64,000 bases of DNA. It comes from Rhynchobatus australiae. Taxonomy: Eukaryota. The stretch is taken from NCBI GenBank assembly GCA_034780895.1, contig JAUZTB010000042.1, positions 13,093,652 through 13,157,651 on the forward strand, given 5' to 3'. The notes beneath the pieces are model-generated. The model did no database searches, was not told where the DNA came from, and saw only the letters and a program-made list of their open reading frames with translations. Below, in pieces: positions 1 through 13,483 of the stretch. Position numbers and translations under genes: made by a program. The stretch's first letter is position 1, and each line of letters starts with the position of its first letter.

Positions 1-36
1 TCCCACTTCAAGTGACATTATAATATCTGCCTGAAG

Positions 37-336
37 TAGATAAGAATCTTTATTAGTCGCATGTACATTGAAGCACACTTTGAAATGCATCGTTTTGCTT
101 AGTGTTCTGGGGGGGCAGCCCACAAGTGTCGCCACGCCTCTGGTGCCAACATAGCATGCCCAGAACTTCCTAACCCGTACGTCTTTGGAATGTGGGAGGA
201 AACCGGAGCACCCGGAGGAAACCCACGCAGACGCACAGGGAGAATGTACAATCTCCTTACAGACAATGGCCGGATTTGAACCCGGGTCACTGGCACTGTA
301 AAGCATTATGCTAACCACTACACTACCATGCCTGCC
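37..336 (-). mobile_element. tRNA-derived V-SINE, near full length
   Basis: Minus strand reads GGCAGGCATGG-TAGTGTAGTGG (A box)...GGTTCAAATCC (B box), then the V-domain GGGTTTCCTCCGGGTGCTCCGGTTTCCTCCCACATTCCAAAGAC. Related copies occur elsewhere in the window. Confidence 0.88.
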
Positions 337-1348
337 ACATTCTTCTCATCTTTTAGAATACCTTATAACTTCCACTATCACTCTATGTGATAATCCCAAG
401 TCTAAGCCTTGGTAAAACTCTTACTTTTCAATCAGATCATGAATTTAAACTCCATTCAAAACTTTAAGCATATAATCTAGGCTAATGCTCCAGCAGAAAT
501 GTTGTTCTATTAGAGGTGCTCTCCTTTGCTAGGATAGTCAACCCTTCCAGACACCAGTGGGCATAAAATACCAGAGGAAACTATACTGCAGCTGCCAGCT
601 CCATACAGAGGGAGGTTGCACACGAGTTCTGCCCCAGAGGATTCAAATGACAACTTTTATTGGCAGTCCACTGGAGAAGATTGAAGGATAAGTATTTGCT
701 GAATTTACTGGCCAATCTAAAATCCTATTTTCATTGTTAAGGAGCACAAAGAAGTGGGTTTTTTTTCACATTTTCGTGAGATTGCCAGTAAAGCCAACAT
801 TTGCACATCAGACCTAATTGTCCCTGAACCAAGTAGCCTGTATGTCACTTCAGTAGCCAAGTAAAAGTCAATTGTATCACTTGTGGGTCCATATATAAGC
901 CAGGCTGGCTAAAGACAGGAAATTTCCTTCTGTAACGGGATGTTAGAGAGCCAGATGGGCATGAACTGGTGTCCTTTCTCAGGATGATAGCATTTGAAAT
1001 CTGACTTCAGCCAGAGTTTCCTGTTGGCTTATCAGCATGGCCAGCCCAGACTCTGCACTGAGACTTTGCTGAGGGTAAGGTATTTTCTGTATGCAGGGCT
1101 GCTTATGGTTGTCCTGCAAAGCCAACTGACAACCTCCTCCATTTTAATTTCCTTTTCCAAAGGAGGTTTCTTCAGTGATTGCAGCATGACTTTATTACAA
1201 TACCACAGTACTCCATGATTCACACTATTTACTGTTAGTAGTTTCAAATTATAACACAGTCATGTCTGTCCAGAACGCACTTGAGCCCCGGTCAACCTCC
1301 TCCATTGACAGTCAGCAACCTTCCAGCAGCAATGCTGCAGCCACTGGG

Positions 1349-2128
1349 AGTCGATATTTAAGCATCCAATGGTCTCCAATATTACATCTTACATTGCAAG
1401 AAGCCATTCATTGTGAGTGGGTGATTGGGATATGAGGCACTGCCTACTGAGGTTAGTGGTGTAGTTGTTGGAATGTGACATTTGAAGGTGAATTCATGAA
1501 CTTTGACCAACTTATCCATTGCGTAGGAGCAGTAGGACAGGCAAAGACATGCAAACGATAGGCATCAAGGGCAGGCAAAAGGATGATCAGTTAATGCTTG
1601 ACATTCTTTGGCATGGTTTGATTTATAACTTTGATTTGGAATGTTGACTTTGATTATGGTGTGACCAAGAGAGCCCAAAGATGATCCGTAGCAGAGGGAA
1701 GGCAAAAGCAGACAGATGATGCTTGAGGCCTGTTTGTCAGATTTCCACTCATAGGAGTCTGTCCTGGACAAAAAGGAAGCATCGAGTTTGCTTCCATCCT
1801 TCCCTTCCATCACTTTTTGTCTCTCGTATTCCACAGCTGCCTGCAGTTCAGCGGTGTTGTTGTTAACGATGGCTCAGTCCTCATTTTGACAAGGTTGTGC
1901 GGTTTATCGCTGACCACTAGAAATCCTAAAACCTGCCCTGCTGGTGTTGCAGGGGTCTTCCAGAGCTACTTAGACAACAAAGTCAATGTTTAACCATCCA
2001 ATGGTCTGTTATAGTACATTTCACCGCAAGCCATTCATTATGAGCGAGCAATTGGAATGTGGGGCATAAAGCAGTGTCTGCTGTTAGTGGTGCAATTATT
2101 GGAATATGACATTTGAAAATAAATTCAC
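1349..2128 (+). repeat. Diverged ~150-bp direct repeat pair (1349-1498 and 1981-2128)
   Basis: Shared blocks in the same order: catccaatggtct, aagccattcatt.tgag, gttagtggtg, ttggaat.tgacatttgaa, aattca. Confidence 0.8.
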
Positions 2129-5100
2129 CATCTCTGCAACTCCTGGAGTACTGCATTCAGGTCTTCAGGACGTGACTCCTGCCATTGTCTGTTCCGATTA
2201 CCCTGCTCCGACTGCATGTCAACATGGCACCATGGCCCCCTATATATACGGGACATTTGCTCTCCACGAAGTCCTCCAATGAAGGTGCAAAACTAGCCAC
2301 TGCAAAAAGAGGTTGGCATGAAGGAGATAGAACTAGTCACTGCAGGTGGGCCCTGACATAACATATTGCTTGAATGCTATACTGTTATAGAGTAGTAGGG
2401 CCCACACTCAATCCTTGAATCCTCCGATAATAANNNNNNNNNNNNNNNNNNNNNNNNNNNNNNNNNNNNNNNNNNNNNNNNNNNNNNNNNNNNNNNNNNN
2501 NNNNNNNNNCCTGGACACACAAACTGTGCCCCGTCTAAACATTTTGCACTAAGTAGGTGCCAATTAATTACATTACAAATGATGAGTCTGTTTTCTTGGC
2601 CTCTGCTTGACCAACTTCATATCAAAATGGAAATGTACCTGGCACCGAGCCTCCTTCACTGGTTTCTTGAACCACTTTTTAGTGTAGATCTGTACAAAGT
2701 AATGGATTACAGTCCAAGGAAAGGGCGAGTGTTTGCATGTGGTGAGGAGTGAGAACACCAATCTCTGATCTATTTCAAAATGGGATGGGTGGTCAAGCTG
2801 TCACCTTGAAGTGGCAGCATAGTAATAATAGCTAAAGCATTCCAGGAATCATTTTAACTACATGTCAGTGAAGGCGCATCATACGGAGCCAGTTGAGGAC
2901 CCAGTTTTAACGAGCTTGTCTTTCAACTACAATGAAATCATAAGTCTAGATGCAAGTGTTATTTTAATTGCCATCAGGCAACAGCAGAGGATAAAATAAT
3001 TTGCAGAAATTGAGGTCCATGACATTACTAAATGTAATGGCAAAATGTAATATCCCATACAATGTGCTTTAGCCTGTCTTTATTACAGTTACTCTGCAAT
3101 AGCAACTTCATTTAAAATAATGCTGGAATTCTTCTTTGACTCTTGCATTCAAATCTACATGCAAGGTATGATACCCCCTTATTTGGATATACAAAGCGTG
3201 AGCTGTTCTCAAAACTGTGGTAGTAATTTTGACTGACTTAATGATATGAAAATTGGTCTAGAGCTAATAATAAATCAATCTCTTGTGAAGTAAAATAAAT
3301 CTTATTTGGATTTGTAAATGAACGCTTTCAAATTGCATCCTTGCCTGCGGGCAGAGATTGTCCTGAATAGAAAGCACTGGACTGGTAGTTTCTTGACTGT
3401 GATAATTAGCATTTAATATTCATTCAGGTAAATGCAAGAGAGAAAGGAACAAAAATGTGCACTTCACTCATGCTATTGTTTAATTCTAATCTCTTCTGGT
3501 GCCTGGCCTCAATAATGTTTTGCTTTTAATATGTTGCTGCATACTAAATGACCATGACATCTGTTTCATTTTGCCAGTAAAGTATTCTGATCATTATTTT
3601 CCAACATGCTGAATAGACTCTTGGAAAAATCAACATTTGCTCGGGGAGCATAACCCTGGTATTTTATTCCTTCCTTCCTTCCTTAATAAAAGTTAGGTTT
3701 TTCAGTTTTCATAGTTCCCCTTCAGAAATTTCTACATTCACCTTTTTAAAAAGCATGTTTTTTTTTAATTTTTGTTTTCTTTCTTATGGTTTTCAGCGAC
3801 ATAATGGATAAATTATGACAAAGTGCACACCCCACCTCTCTTTCAGTGGAGCCACTCTTTTTCACATTATACGCATTTCTTGAGGGGCCTTTCATCTGTC
3901 AGCTTTCTAGCTACCTGTCAGCTTTTTTCTGAGGATGGCGGGTATCATCACACATTCTCCAGCGTATAAAGGGCTAAAATTAAGGAGGACATGAGAGGCA
4001 AACCTCCGGAGCTATCAATAAACCAGGAACCGATGGTAAATAATTACCCTTTCTTCACTAAAGTCATCAAATTATGATGTTGAGGAGTTAAGTTTAGAGC
4101 ATAATAATCAAATAAGAAAGGTGTGTTTTATATTCCATCCCACTTCCTAGAAAATAAAACCTTGACAATGTTTAATCTCACAGTGTACTTTGACCTTCAG
4201 TGAAAGGTTAATCCGTTAGTTCTCAAGCTGAATCTGTTGCTGTGAAAAGGCTGTAGAGTCCAGCCCACCTAACAGTAAACAGCCTGAGATACAGAAGCTG
4301 CACCTGTGGGATTAGGTTTAACAGCAGGAAGTGAGAGACTTTGCAGCATATAATTAAGTAGGAAATTTTTTTGTTCTTTTGGACCATGTGTTCATCTGGT
4401 CAGGTTAACGAGTGATTAACCTTCACCAAAGCTGCTGAAGTCTACACCCAGAATTAGATTCATACGAGCCTTTCTACCTGTAAAAAGCCATTCTTTTGAA
4501 TAACAAGGCTGCTTAAGAAAAATAAAACAAAACAAAACTTTTCCCTTTTGACTAACAAAAGTTCATTCATGCTGGCAGTATATCCACCTTGTTATTTAGA
4601 CCCGTTTCCTAGTGACTACATCTGTGAATGAGTTCATTACTAATTAATACCCGAGATTTACAGGTGTAGCTTAGAAGTGCTGAAACAATATATTGCACAA
4701 AAATCTCATGCGTTTGGTCCAGTTAGAGTGTGATGCATAGCTTGTCGTAGAGTGAAGTAAAAGTTTGGACTCCTTTCTTCAATTCATGAATTCCACAATG
4801 TAGCCTCCACAAAAGTGAAGGATCCCACAGCACATAATGGTTCAAAGGGATGGATGTCTTGATGCCCATGAAAGCACATTAATATTGGTTGCAGAAAGCA
4901 TGCCCAATCCAAAGAACATTCAAGAAAAGATAAAATAAACATGTCTAACTCCTTCTGAAGCATGCTAAATCACTTTTCAAACCGGCAGGGTAAACGATCA
5001 ACATTCTTATACATCCTGCACTGAGAATGAGAGTTTTAATAACAATATTCAATACTTTTGACCAACTGTGAGAATGTTGCCCAACTTCAAAAGTTTTGTC

Positions 5101-5639
5101 ATCTTCTTTCTGGTTTCCTCTTAAATATGTTTCCTCCAAGTCACTGCAGTTTCTCCTTAACTTATCCAAAACTGCCCATAAAAGTGAACACCTCTACGAC
5201 ATATCCCCTTAGCCTTTTTCGGATCGAAGGAAAACAATACCAGCTTTTGTAGTTTCTTCACATAACTAAAAGCCCACTTTCATCGTACCATGAAAAGCTT
5301 CCACATTTTCTTTTGTCCATTACTTCCAGCCGGAGTAAGTTCAATATATTTCTATCTCCCCTCTCACAACATCTAAAGCACCAATGCTCTATGATGACAG
5401 ACCTGGCCCGCGAAGCTCATTTGTGTTTATTTTTCATGTTTGCTCATTGTCTCATTTAAATTTTGGAAGCTTAGTTATTTGAAAAGGGCTGATATTAGAC
5501 AGGGGGATATGTCACAAATTAGAAAGCATAGAATGTTATATCCAGGGTACATCTACACACCTATTAGAGATCATGTAAACAAAAAGTGAATATCATTCAG
5601 GTCCTCCTAAATGAAGACATGGATTACTTCATTGTCTTG

Positions 5640-5870
5640 TGAGCTGTAAATGGAGATGAACAGGCTGTAATTTCAGCACTTCTGACCTTGTGATGGAGGG
5701 ATGATCATTGATGAAGCAGCAGAAGACACTGCCCTGAGAAGCATCTGTATTGATGTCCTGAGACTGGGATAATTGACCTTCAACAATCGCAACCACATTG
5801 CTTTATACGAGCTGTGATTCCAACCATCAGAGTGTTTTTCCTCATCCAGTTTTACCCAGGCTTCTTAATG
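5640..5870 (-). mobile_element. LINE reverse-transcriptase fragment (Jockey/CR1 group)
   Basis: Minus strand translates ...WLESQL...VVAIVEGQLSQSQDINTDASQGSV..CFINDHPSITRSEV, a decayed RT PQGSV...F.ND motif. Confidence 0.7.
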
Positions 5871-8739
5871 CCAAAAATTTTGGCTTGCATGGGCTTCAGA
5901 GACTTCAGAGCAGCAGTTTTTTCTGAAATGACGTATATTCAGACATATTAAAATATATAATGCAGCAAGAGACATAAGTTGTATTTGCTAAACAGGAATA
6001 AATAATCCACTCCCTGGTCTCCATGGTGCCACTTCTCAATGCAGAATTACACAGAAACATGATGCAAGAATTCAGTAGGGGCTCAGGCCTCCTGAGTATT
6101 AAAAGCATATTCAGGGGCTTAATTGGAAAGTGTGCAAGCAGAAGCTGCCCGTACACTGCAATGAACAGATCACTTAGTGTGTGAAAAATGAGTTGGAGGT
6201 TTCACTTGCAGTGCCCGTAGAAATAGGCTCTGTTGGAGTCAGCCCTGCTGCTTAGGTTCAAGCATCTTAAAGGTTGATTTCTTTGCTGCCTGTCACTCCA
6301 CCTTAGCTATTGCATGGATGATTAGCTTTAACATTGCTGGGCCAGGTCACTGGATGCAGTGCCACAAGTGCAAGGTGCTCTATCCCTTACTGTGGCAACC
6401 CGTCCTGTCAACCAGCAACCTGAAGACCAAAGAAGGGCTTGTGCAGATCCAAAGTTCAAGCCTTGAGTGGTACCAAGCAGCTTGAACAGACAAATGGAAA
6501 ATTGCCAACAGCAATTAAAAACATATTGAATTCACTATATAAAAAAAATGTGATCTAGTTGTGGATTTCCATCTGTACCTAATTTGAATCTGGACAGCAA
6601 GAGAACTTAATAGTTAGCAGCACAATGAGGAGGTCATTCCCTTTGATAATTGCAGTTTCCATTGCTGCTTTATGAGTTAAGACAGTGAACAAAGGACCTT
6701 NNNNNNNNNNNNNNNNNNNNNNNNNNNNNNNNNNNNNNNNNNNNNNNNNNNNNNNNNNNNNNNNNNNNNNNNNNNNNNNNNNNNNNNNNNNNNNNNNNNN
6801 NNNNNNNNNNNNNNNNNNNNNNNNNNNNNNNNNNNNNNNNNNNNNNNNNNNNNNNNNNNNNNNNNNNNNNTACTTTTCTCACCTCTCCGAAAGGTGTTAA
6901 TTCCTATGATGATCTATATTTCTATATGAGCTTATGCTGTAAGCATTGGCAGACTTCTCAAGTGCCAAATGCACTTGTGAAAAATCTTGTATTTTTCCAG
7001 AAAGGTTTGATTTTCATGTAACTGCAGCTTCTGCATACGACTATGCATTTTTTAAAGATATCTTGGAAACAGTACAATGCTTTTAGAAGGAAGCTATTAT
7101 ATCAGCTTTGATAAACATTCCAAGTTATAAATATATTTATTATTTTTGATGTGTGTAACTGAAATACTCTTAGTGGATCAGATTATTGTATGTATGCAAT
7201 TCTCTAATTAAGGAGTTTATACAAATGAGTGGAAATTGAATTTCTTGCTCAGATCTTTGCCATTGTTGGCTGCAGATGTAAGAACAACATCTCTGACCGG
7301 TGACTAGCAAACAGCCTTATCATTTTGATTTCCAATTTTCATAGTCTCTGGCTTTCTATTGCAAAGAAACAGGAACTATTTATCCATTGTGTATTGGTCT
7401 TTGAATAAGTTGTGCCATTATCTCCTTTCTTGCCTTTTCCCTTTTTTGGTCTCCTCTCCTCCACCCTGCAACTTTTTTTTTCTGCTGGCCTGTGTTGATA
7501 ACCCCAGCCCCATGTCTGTTTTCTTCTGCCTGCCTCTGTTCCGCGCACCCCCGCACTCCAACCCTCCACCCACTTTTATTCTGCCTGCCTTCGTCTTGTC
7601 TCATATTAAGGTCTTCGGCTCTATAATTGCCACATTAGTGGGGACGCTTACTGTTAACTTTGTCAAAAGAGATGAAAGATATGGATAAGCTTGTACTGCT
7701 ATTGAAACCATTGATTTAGTTCAACTATTGGTTAGTGAATAAACTGACTTGAATCTCCATCAGGATTGTGATGGATTTGGCCATGGAAAGTGAAAGGTTT
7801 TCAGCATGTGATCACTTGCACAACACTCCCAACCATTGACCTGATTCTGAGGGTCATAGCATGTAGATTTGTGTTTTTTTTCCCCCTTTAAGTATGAGAT
7901 GAGTTTCTTTAAAACAAAAGCTGGAGTGAGAGAAGCAGATGAAGTTAGCAAACATTGCAACACTGAAATGCCATGTGACGATCATGATGGGAAATCTAAT
8001 CTTGGAAAATTTTCACTGCTCAAAGATCGATGGGATCCCGGAACAGATTGTTGTCCTCAAAGTATCTGGATGAACGCATGAAAAGAAATAATGTACATGT
8101 CTGCAGACTAACCTAAATAATTCCTCAGGCACGATAGGTCAAATGGCTTCTTTCTTTGCAAAGATGTGACCTGCAGTGTTTCTCATGAATGTTTGCTGGG
8201 GGCCTGATCTTATTCCTGATCTGCTGCCAGATTTTAAGATGATACTCATTTAAAAGGAATTACAAAGGGACAGAGACTAATTGGGTAGGCAAAATTATGG
8301 CAGAAGGACATTACTAGAAAGTATGAGTTCTTTTTCTTTGGATTCCAGCATGGCATTTTCTTAATGGGAAAGATGAGAATCTGCAGACAGGCAAGGAGAT
8401 GTGGTTGTTAGCAACACTGCTGCAACTCCTTGTCCATAAGCAGTGCTTTAAAAGCATGAACCTCATGAGTTTAGCTCACACCACAACTGTTTACTGGTTG
8501 AGTTTCCTAACAGTTGAGATATCTGGCCTACAGCAGCATGTGCATAGACTTGGTTACAATCAAGGCACAAAGTCTCTAATAACCAAGCCTTTTCCTGAAA
8601 GTGTCTTGGCTGCCTGACCCTNNNNNNNNNNNNNNNNNNNNNNNNNNNNNNNNNNNNNNNNNNNNNNNNNNNNNNNNNNNNNNNNNNNNNNNNNNNNNNN
8701 NNNNNNNNNNNNNNNNNNNNNGCCAAGAACAGTTATCCC

Positions 8740-9480
8740 AGATGTTCTGAGAAAATAAGTTGCATGCGTTGCAAATGTAAAAGCTATTGCCAGAAACTTT
8801 GTTCATTGGCCATGCATCAATGACTACTTAAAAGACTTAGTGCCAAATGTACTAAAAGTAAAGAGAAGTTCATCACCCAGGACACCACTGCAGGCGTGGA
8901 GGTGGCTGACACAACCATTCCAGAAAGTCCACAGTGAATTTTGTCCACACAAAAATTTCCAGCTCTCATTGATGCACTTGAAAGGTATTGAAGTTTGACC
9001 TCACTCAGTTTGGATCACATTTGTTTGAACATTTCATGAGGTGCAATAGCATCATTCATTCCTTTTGTTCCTCCATATTATTTGGCCCTGAAACAGGGAG
9101 TCAAAAGATTTGTACAGGTTTTAAAGGAAGCTTTGAAGAGTTAAGTTTTCCAAGGTTGTTACTTGACTTCTTGCTTCATATGGGACAAGTCTGTGGCCTG
9201 AAATATTTAGTATAAATTAGACGTAAGGTCAGATAATTGCAACGAGAGACATACCTGGAGAAATATGTGATGAGAAATTTATTCCAGAAGTGTATGTAGA
9301 AGCAATATACTGAAAAGGAGACACAAGACAATGATGAATTATCAGGATATGGCACATTCTTCAGATCAGGACGTAACCATTGCCAGTGACCCAACTTTAA
9401 GGAGGTTCAGGCAACTGAGAAAATCAGCTATCAGACTGAACCTGTCACTGGATTATGGATGTGGGATGTGTTTCACACTT
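8740..9480 (+). mobile_element. Decayed Gypsy/Ty3 LTR-retrotransposon integrase remnant
   Basis: Successive frameshifted pieces translate as KAIARNFVHWPCINDYLKDLV (H2C2 region, cf. KALARSYVWWPGID), TPLQAWRWLTQPFQKVHSEF (cf. PLHPWEWP..PWQRVHIDF), LIDA, and TQFGSHLFEHFMRCNSIIH (cf. QFTS..F..FMK.NGI.H). Confidence 0.75.
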
Positions 9481-9724
9481 AGTCCCATGATAATGTACAA
9501 GTAAATCAAAATAAATCATGTGAATTTGTAACAAAATGTTGGAAAGTCAACAAAATTCCAGTTGGACTGACTGATGAGCCCTGTGGAAAATGTGCAATAA
9601 TTTAACTTTTTTAATTCTCATATAAGCAGCCCCTGGCCCACACAAACGTTAAAATGCTATTTGAAAGCTTGATTGTGATATCCTAATCGATATCCTGATC
9701 CTGTACTTCTTTTCACCCATCTGA

Positions 9725-10090
9725 AGTTGGCTCAATGAATATCTGTCTTGCTTCAGAGTGAACAAATTAGCATCCAACTCCAGAGCATATACCAAGACTG
9801 ACAGTCCATTGCCCCTCTGAGTGAGTGTTGCACACTTGGAAGTGTACCGGTTCAGATGAGAGTTTAAACCAAGGAGCAGTCTGCCTTGTCAGATTGTATG
9901 GCATTAGTGGGCAAAAAATATAGCAGTTATCACTGATGTCCCAGTCAATAGTTATCCTTAAACCAAAAACAAAATATCTGGTGATTATCTCACTCCAGAG
10001 GGAACTTACTGTACACAGTTTTGTTGCATTACAGCATGGGTTACATTTCAGAAGTATTTTCTTAACCAGACACCTGAACTCATAAAAGTT
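9725..10090 (+). mobile_element. Old Deu-domain SINE (SacSINE1-like)
   Basis: Diverged matches to recalled SacSINE1 motifs: gactgacagtcc, cagatgagagtttaaaccaagg, gtcccagtcaatagttatcc, tatctggtgattatc. Related fragments at ~405-540 (+) and ~28330-28430 (-). Confidence 0.6.
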
Positions 10091-10329
10091 GCAATATCGA
10101 TTGTTTTCTCTCCATGCACCAAGGACCTATTTATTGTACCGAGATGCCTTCCTTGCTTTTTTTTCCAATTACAATTTGTTTAGGTGTTTTTTAATGCTAG
10201 TTTTAGGTTTTGCTGGTCCTGGACAGGCTGAGAATTTTTGGGTAGTATGCCATCCAGTATCACATCTATCATCACCTGTGGACAGGTTTTCCCTGGATTC
10301 CCATTAACTTAAGTTTTACCTGAGCTCTA

Positions 10330-11045
10330 TGATGTTAACTATTAAATACTTCTCCGAGGTCAATAGCGGTCACTCTCACCTCAGATCTTGAATTCAGCTC
10401 TTGGGACCAGTGGTATTATGTCCATAAGTGGAGCTAATTGATCCTGTGAAACCAAAGTGAACATCAGTGAGCAGGATACTGGTGAGTTTGTCTCTCCTGG
10501 AAGAACTGTCAACAGTATCTTCCATCGCTTGAGCTAGACTACAGATCTTCAGGGCTGCAACCACAGACTTACTTTGAATCCAGTTTATTGAAGATAATTG
10601 GATTGACTGCAGACGGGCTTCTCTGATGGCAGGTACCATGGGAGGAAATGAAGATGGATTATTTACTTGCCACTTCTGATTGAAGATTGTTGCATGCATG
10701 ACAGGACTACAGAGCTTTGAATTGATCCATTGGTTGTGGCATTGTTTAGCTGACTGTTGCAAGCTGCTTTGGCCATTTAGCATGTGTGCGACCACCTCAG
10801 CAGAATATAACTGTCGACATGTACTTAGGTGTTCCTCTAATTAAGATTGGCCCTGAGCTTAACAGTGATAGTGGAGTGAGGAACATGCTATGACTGAGAA
10901 CGCAGATTGTTGTGGAAGACAATTCTACTGCTGCTGATGGCATACAGCGCCTTATGGGTGCCCAGTTTTAAGCAGTTAGTTCTGTTCTGAGCCTACCTCA
11001 TGTCGTACAATGGTCATACCACAGAACACAATGGAAGGTGTCATT
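10330..11045 (-). mobile_element. LINE ORF2 fragments (Jockey/CR1 group)
   Basis: Minus strand at 10340-10410 gives W.QELNSRSEVRVTAIDL (cf. ELNSRGEVRVTALDI before the RT motif AFDRVW). The upstream extent is approximate. Confidence 0.5.
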
Positions 11046-13375
11046 GAGATCTAGCACTGAAGGTACTGTTCATCATATCGTTGGCTGGATTCATTGGTTG
11101 GACAGAGTGATTTTGTAAAAATGAAAAGGGATTAGAAATAGAAACAACAGTATCTTCATTCTTAACAAGTAGTGAGTGAAGAACAAGAAATCTTGAATAC
11201 TAAGAAAAGTGAAGTGACTAGCATTACAGAGATGTTTGAGATGTTGATGCTTCACAGAAAAAGACAGATCTGATGTAAACCCTTACCCCTCCCTATGCTG
11301 AAATCCCGTATTATGTTTAAGAGTCTTCACATCACGTTGATTCCATTTGATAAAAACATTTGTGCTGATTACTCCCATGGACAGTCACACAATAAGTCAT
11401 GAAAAATAGGCGATAGATTTGAAATCAAAGTTCAAGTTGTTTGTAGTTTTTTTTAATAAGTGCTAACTCAGCATGAGAAAGAAATTTGTTTCCTCTTCAT
11501 CTTACTTTAATATAAAGATGACCTGTGCAGTCTGATGAACTGAGCTATGAAGTTTGATGGTGCTAATAATGAGAAAGTTGTTTGCTTCCTTTCTTGGTAC
11601 TCAGCACCTTCTGACAAACCAGAGAACATGACAGTTGTACAAGATGTGTGCTAATAAGGAATATATCTCTTTCCCATTCATTATAAATAATTACCCTTTG
11701 CAAGTTGCGATATAGAAGAAATTGTTTTAAAGAACTGCAATTCTAATTGGTAAATGTCACCAGCTGCTGCAGTAAATCTATCCAAGTTGTGTGTGTTCTT
11801 GTAATAATTAGTTACTGTCTCAAGACTGCAGACTGTATGTGAAAATCTATTCTCAAGGTGTGAAACTCCCATATGTCTCCTAGCCTGCGACAGGTAGATG
11901 AGCAGTGAAGAGAGGAAAATAGCTGCGGTAACAAAATAGATTCTGTTGGCTTTTATTAAAACAAAAACAGCAAGTCTGTCATTCGGTTTAGGATGAGATT
12001 GAACAAACGAAGGGCAAGATGTCTATTTAAAAAAAATTGCCAATGACCTAGTTTGGGTTTCTTTGGGAAACCCTGTTTGGGATTTCACTTCCTCAAAGAA
12101 ATCATGGTCAGCTAGTTTCTTTACCCTCTAAATCTATATTAAGTTATTAAATAGATAAATATTGTCTTCATTTTTCCCTTCAATTCTTATTCCCAAGATT
12201 GATGTGTGACCAATGAAGCTGCAGGTGACTGAGTCCAATTTCAATGTAGAATCGTGTTGTCCTTATCAAATACTCCTCTGCGATGAGCTTCCATCCCTCA
12301 CAATTCTCTTCTTTAGCCTTCCTCAGAGATCTGAGTTAAATAGTTTCCATNNNNNNNNNNTGAACTTTTCAATCTGCCAAGGAATCAGCCTCATATATAT
12401 CAGAGTCATGAATTAAATTATATCAGGGAGATCATATTGCTCAGGATATTTGGAGGCAATACTTTGAAACAGGCAATTTATATTCAGTTTCCTGTTTTCC
12501 CTCTTCCCTCCTTTCTTGAAAAATGTTGTATTTTCTGTTTTCCAGTCTGTAGAATCGATGGAAGTTTAGTAAGTATTCCAATAATTAGAAGTGTTTTTCA
12601 GTCCCCAAATATTTTTTCTTAGGCAATTAAACTATTTTCTGAGACATACAAGAAGTCTTTAAGGCATGAGTGAGTGGAAACTGGTGAAGTGGTCTTCCGC
12701 TTTGTCAATGTAGGACCTTTTCCTCAAATTGCTAAATGGGTGAAAGGTTTGTTTCAGATTGTGAGTTTTACACTCAAGTTGGTATTATTGCTTTGTTTAA
12801 CTGTTACAACATACAGTATATCAAAGTATTTGAAGCATAGTTCAGAAACATTATAATATTAATGATGAGCAATGAGTAGTGTAATTCTTCAATGAAGATC
12901 CTAAAAATTTTCCAATGTCTATCACATATTTCTGTTAAATGAATTCACAATAATTCACAACCAGCATTTCCTGCAAGACCTTACCTCACTGGTCAAGTCT
13001 GAATGGGGAGTCAGCCTAAAATCCCATCAAAGACATTCCTATCACCTGAATTGGCAGAGGCTGGATTATTGAGGATCACTATTCTATCCTATTCCAATGG
13101 CAGTTAACCATTCTTCAGTTTCTTTGGGGAATGAAGTAGCTTAAAGCAGCAGATCATACGTTGTCATGAGTAGAAAATGACATTGGCAGCTTCATTTTGT
13201 AATATTACTTTGTCCCTATTATGAAAATGGTGGATATGGGTTAACCATGGTTTGGACATTTTAGCAAGGATAATTTGCAAAATACAGATAGGGAAATGAG
13301 AGACCCAAAGCAAAATCTAACAAGGTCATTTACATTTGTGCAGCTTTTGACTTTTTTTTATGTATTTCTTTCCAG

Positions 13376-13483
13376 CAACCTGGAATGGACCTGGCGGACA
13401 CCTACATCACATTTGTACGGCAGAACCAGGACATACTCCGTGACAAGATCAATGAGGAAATGTATATAGAAAATTTGTTTGAT
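13376..13483 (+). CDS. CADPS2: CADPS2 internal coding exon (third from last), 108 nt, phase 0-0
   Basis: Acceptor ttctttccAG at 13374-75, donor GTaagt at 13484. Translates [36 protein letters not shown], matching the CAPS C-terminal region as I recall it. DLADTY/RQNQDIL fits CADPS2 better than CADPS (DVADAY/RHSQDVL). Confidence 0.95.

Noticed and set aside
260-336. tRNA-like A/B boxes (also at 24764, 31617, 41820, 54500)
   Set aside because: They are SINE heads followed by the V-domain, not cloverleaf tRNA genes.
1-13375. Upstream CADPS2 exons, e.g. the short VKAAAKYVDVP-type exon
   Set aside because: Not found by eye; probably upstream of the window or inside an N gap.
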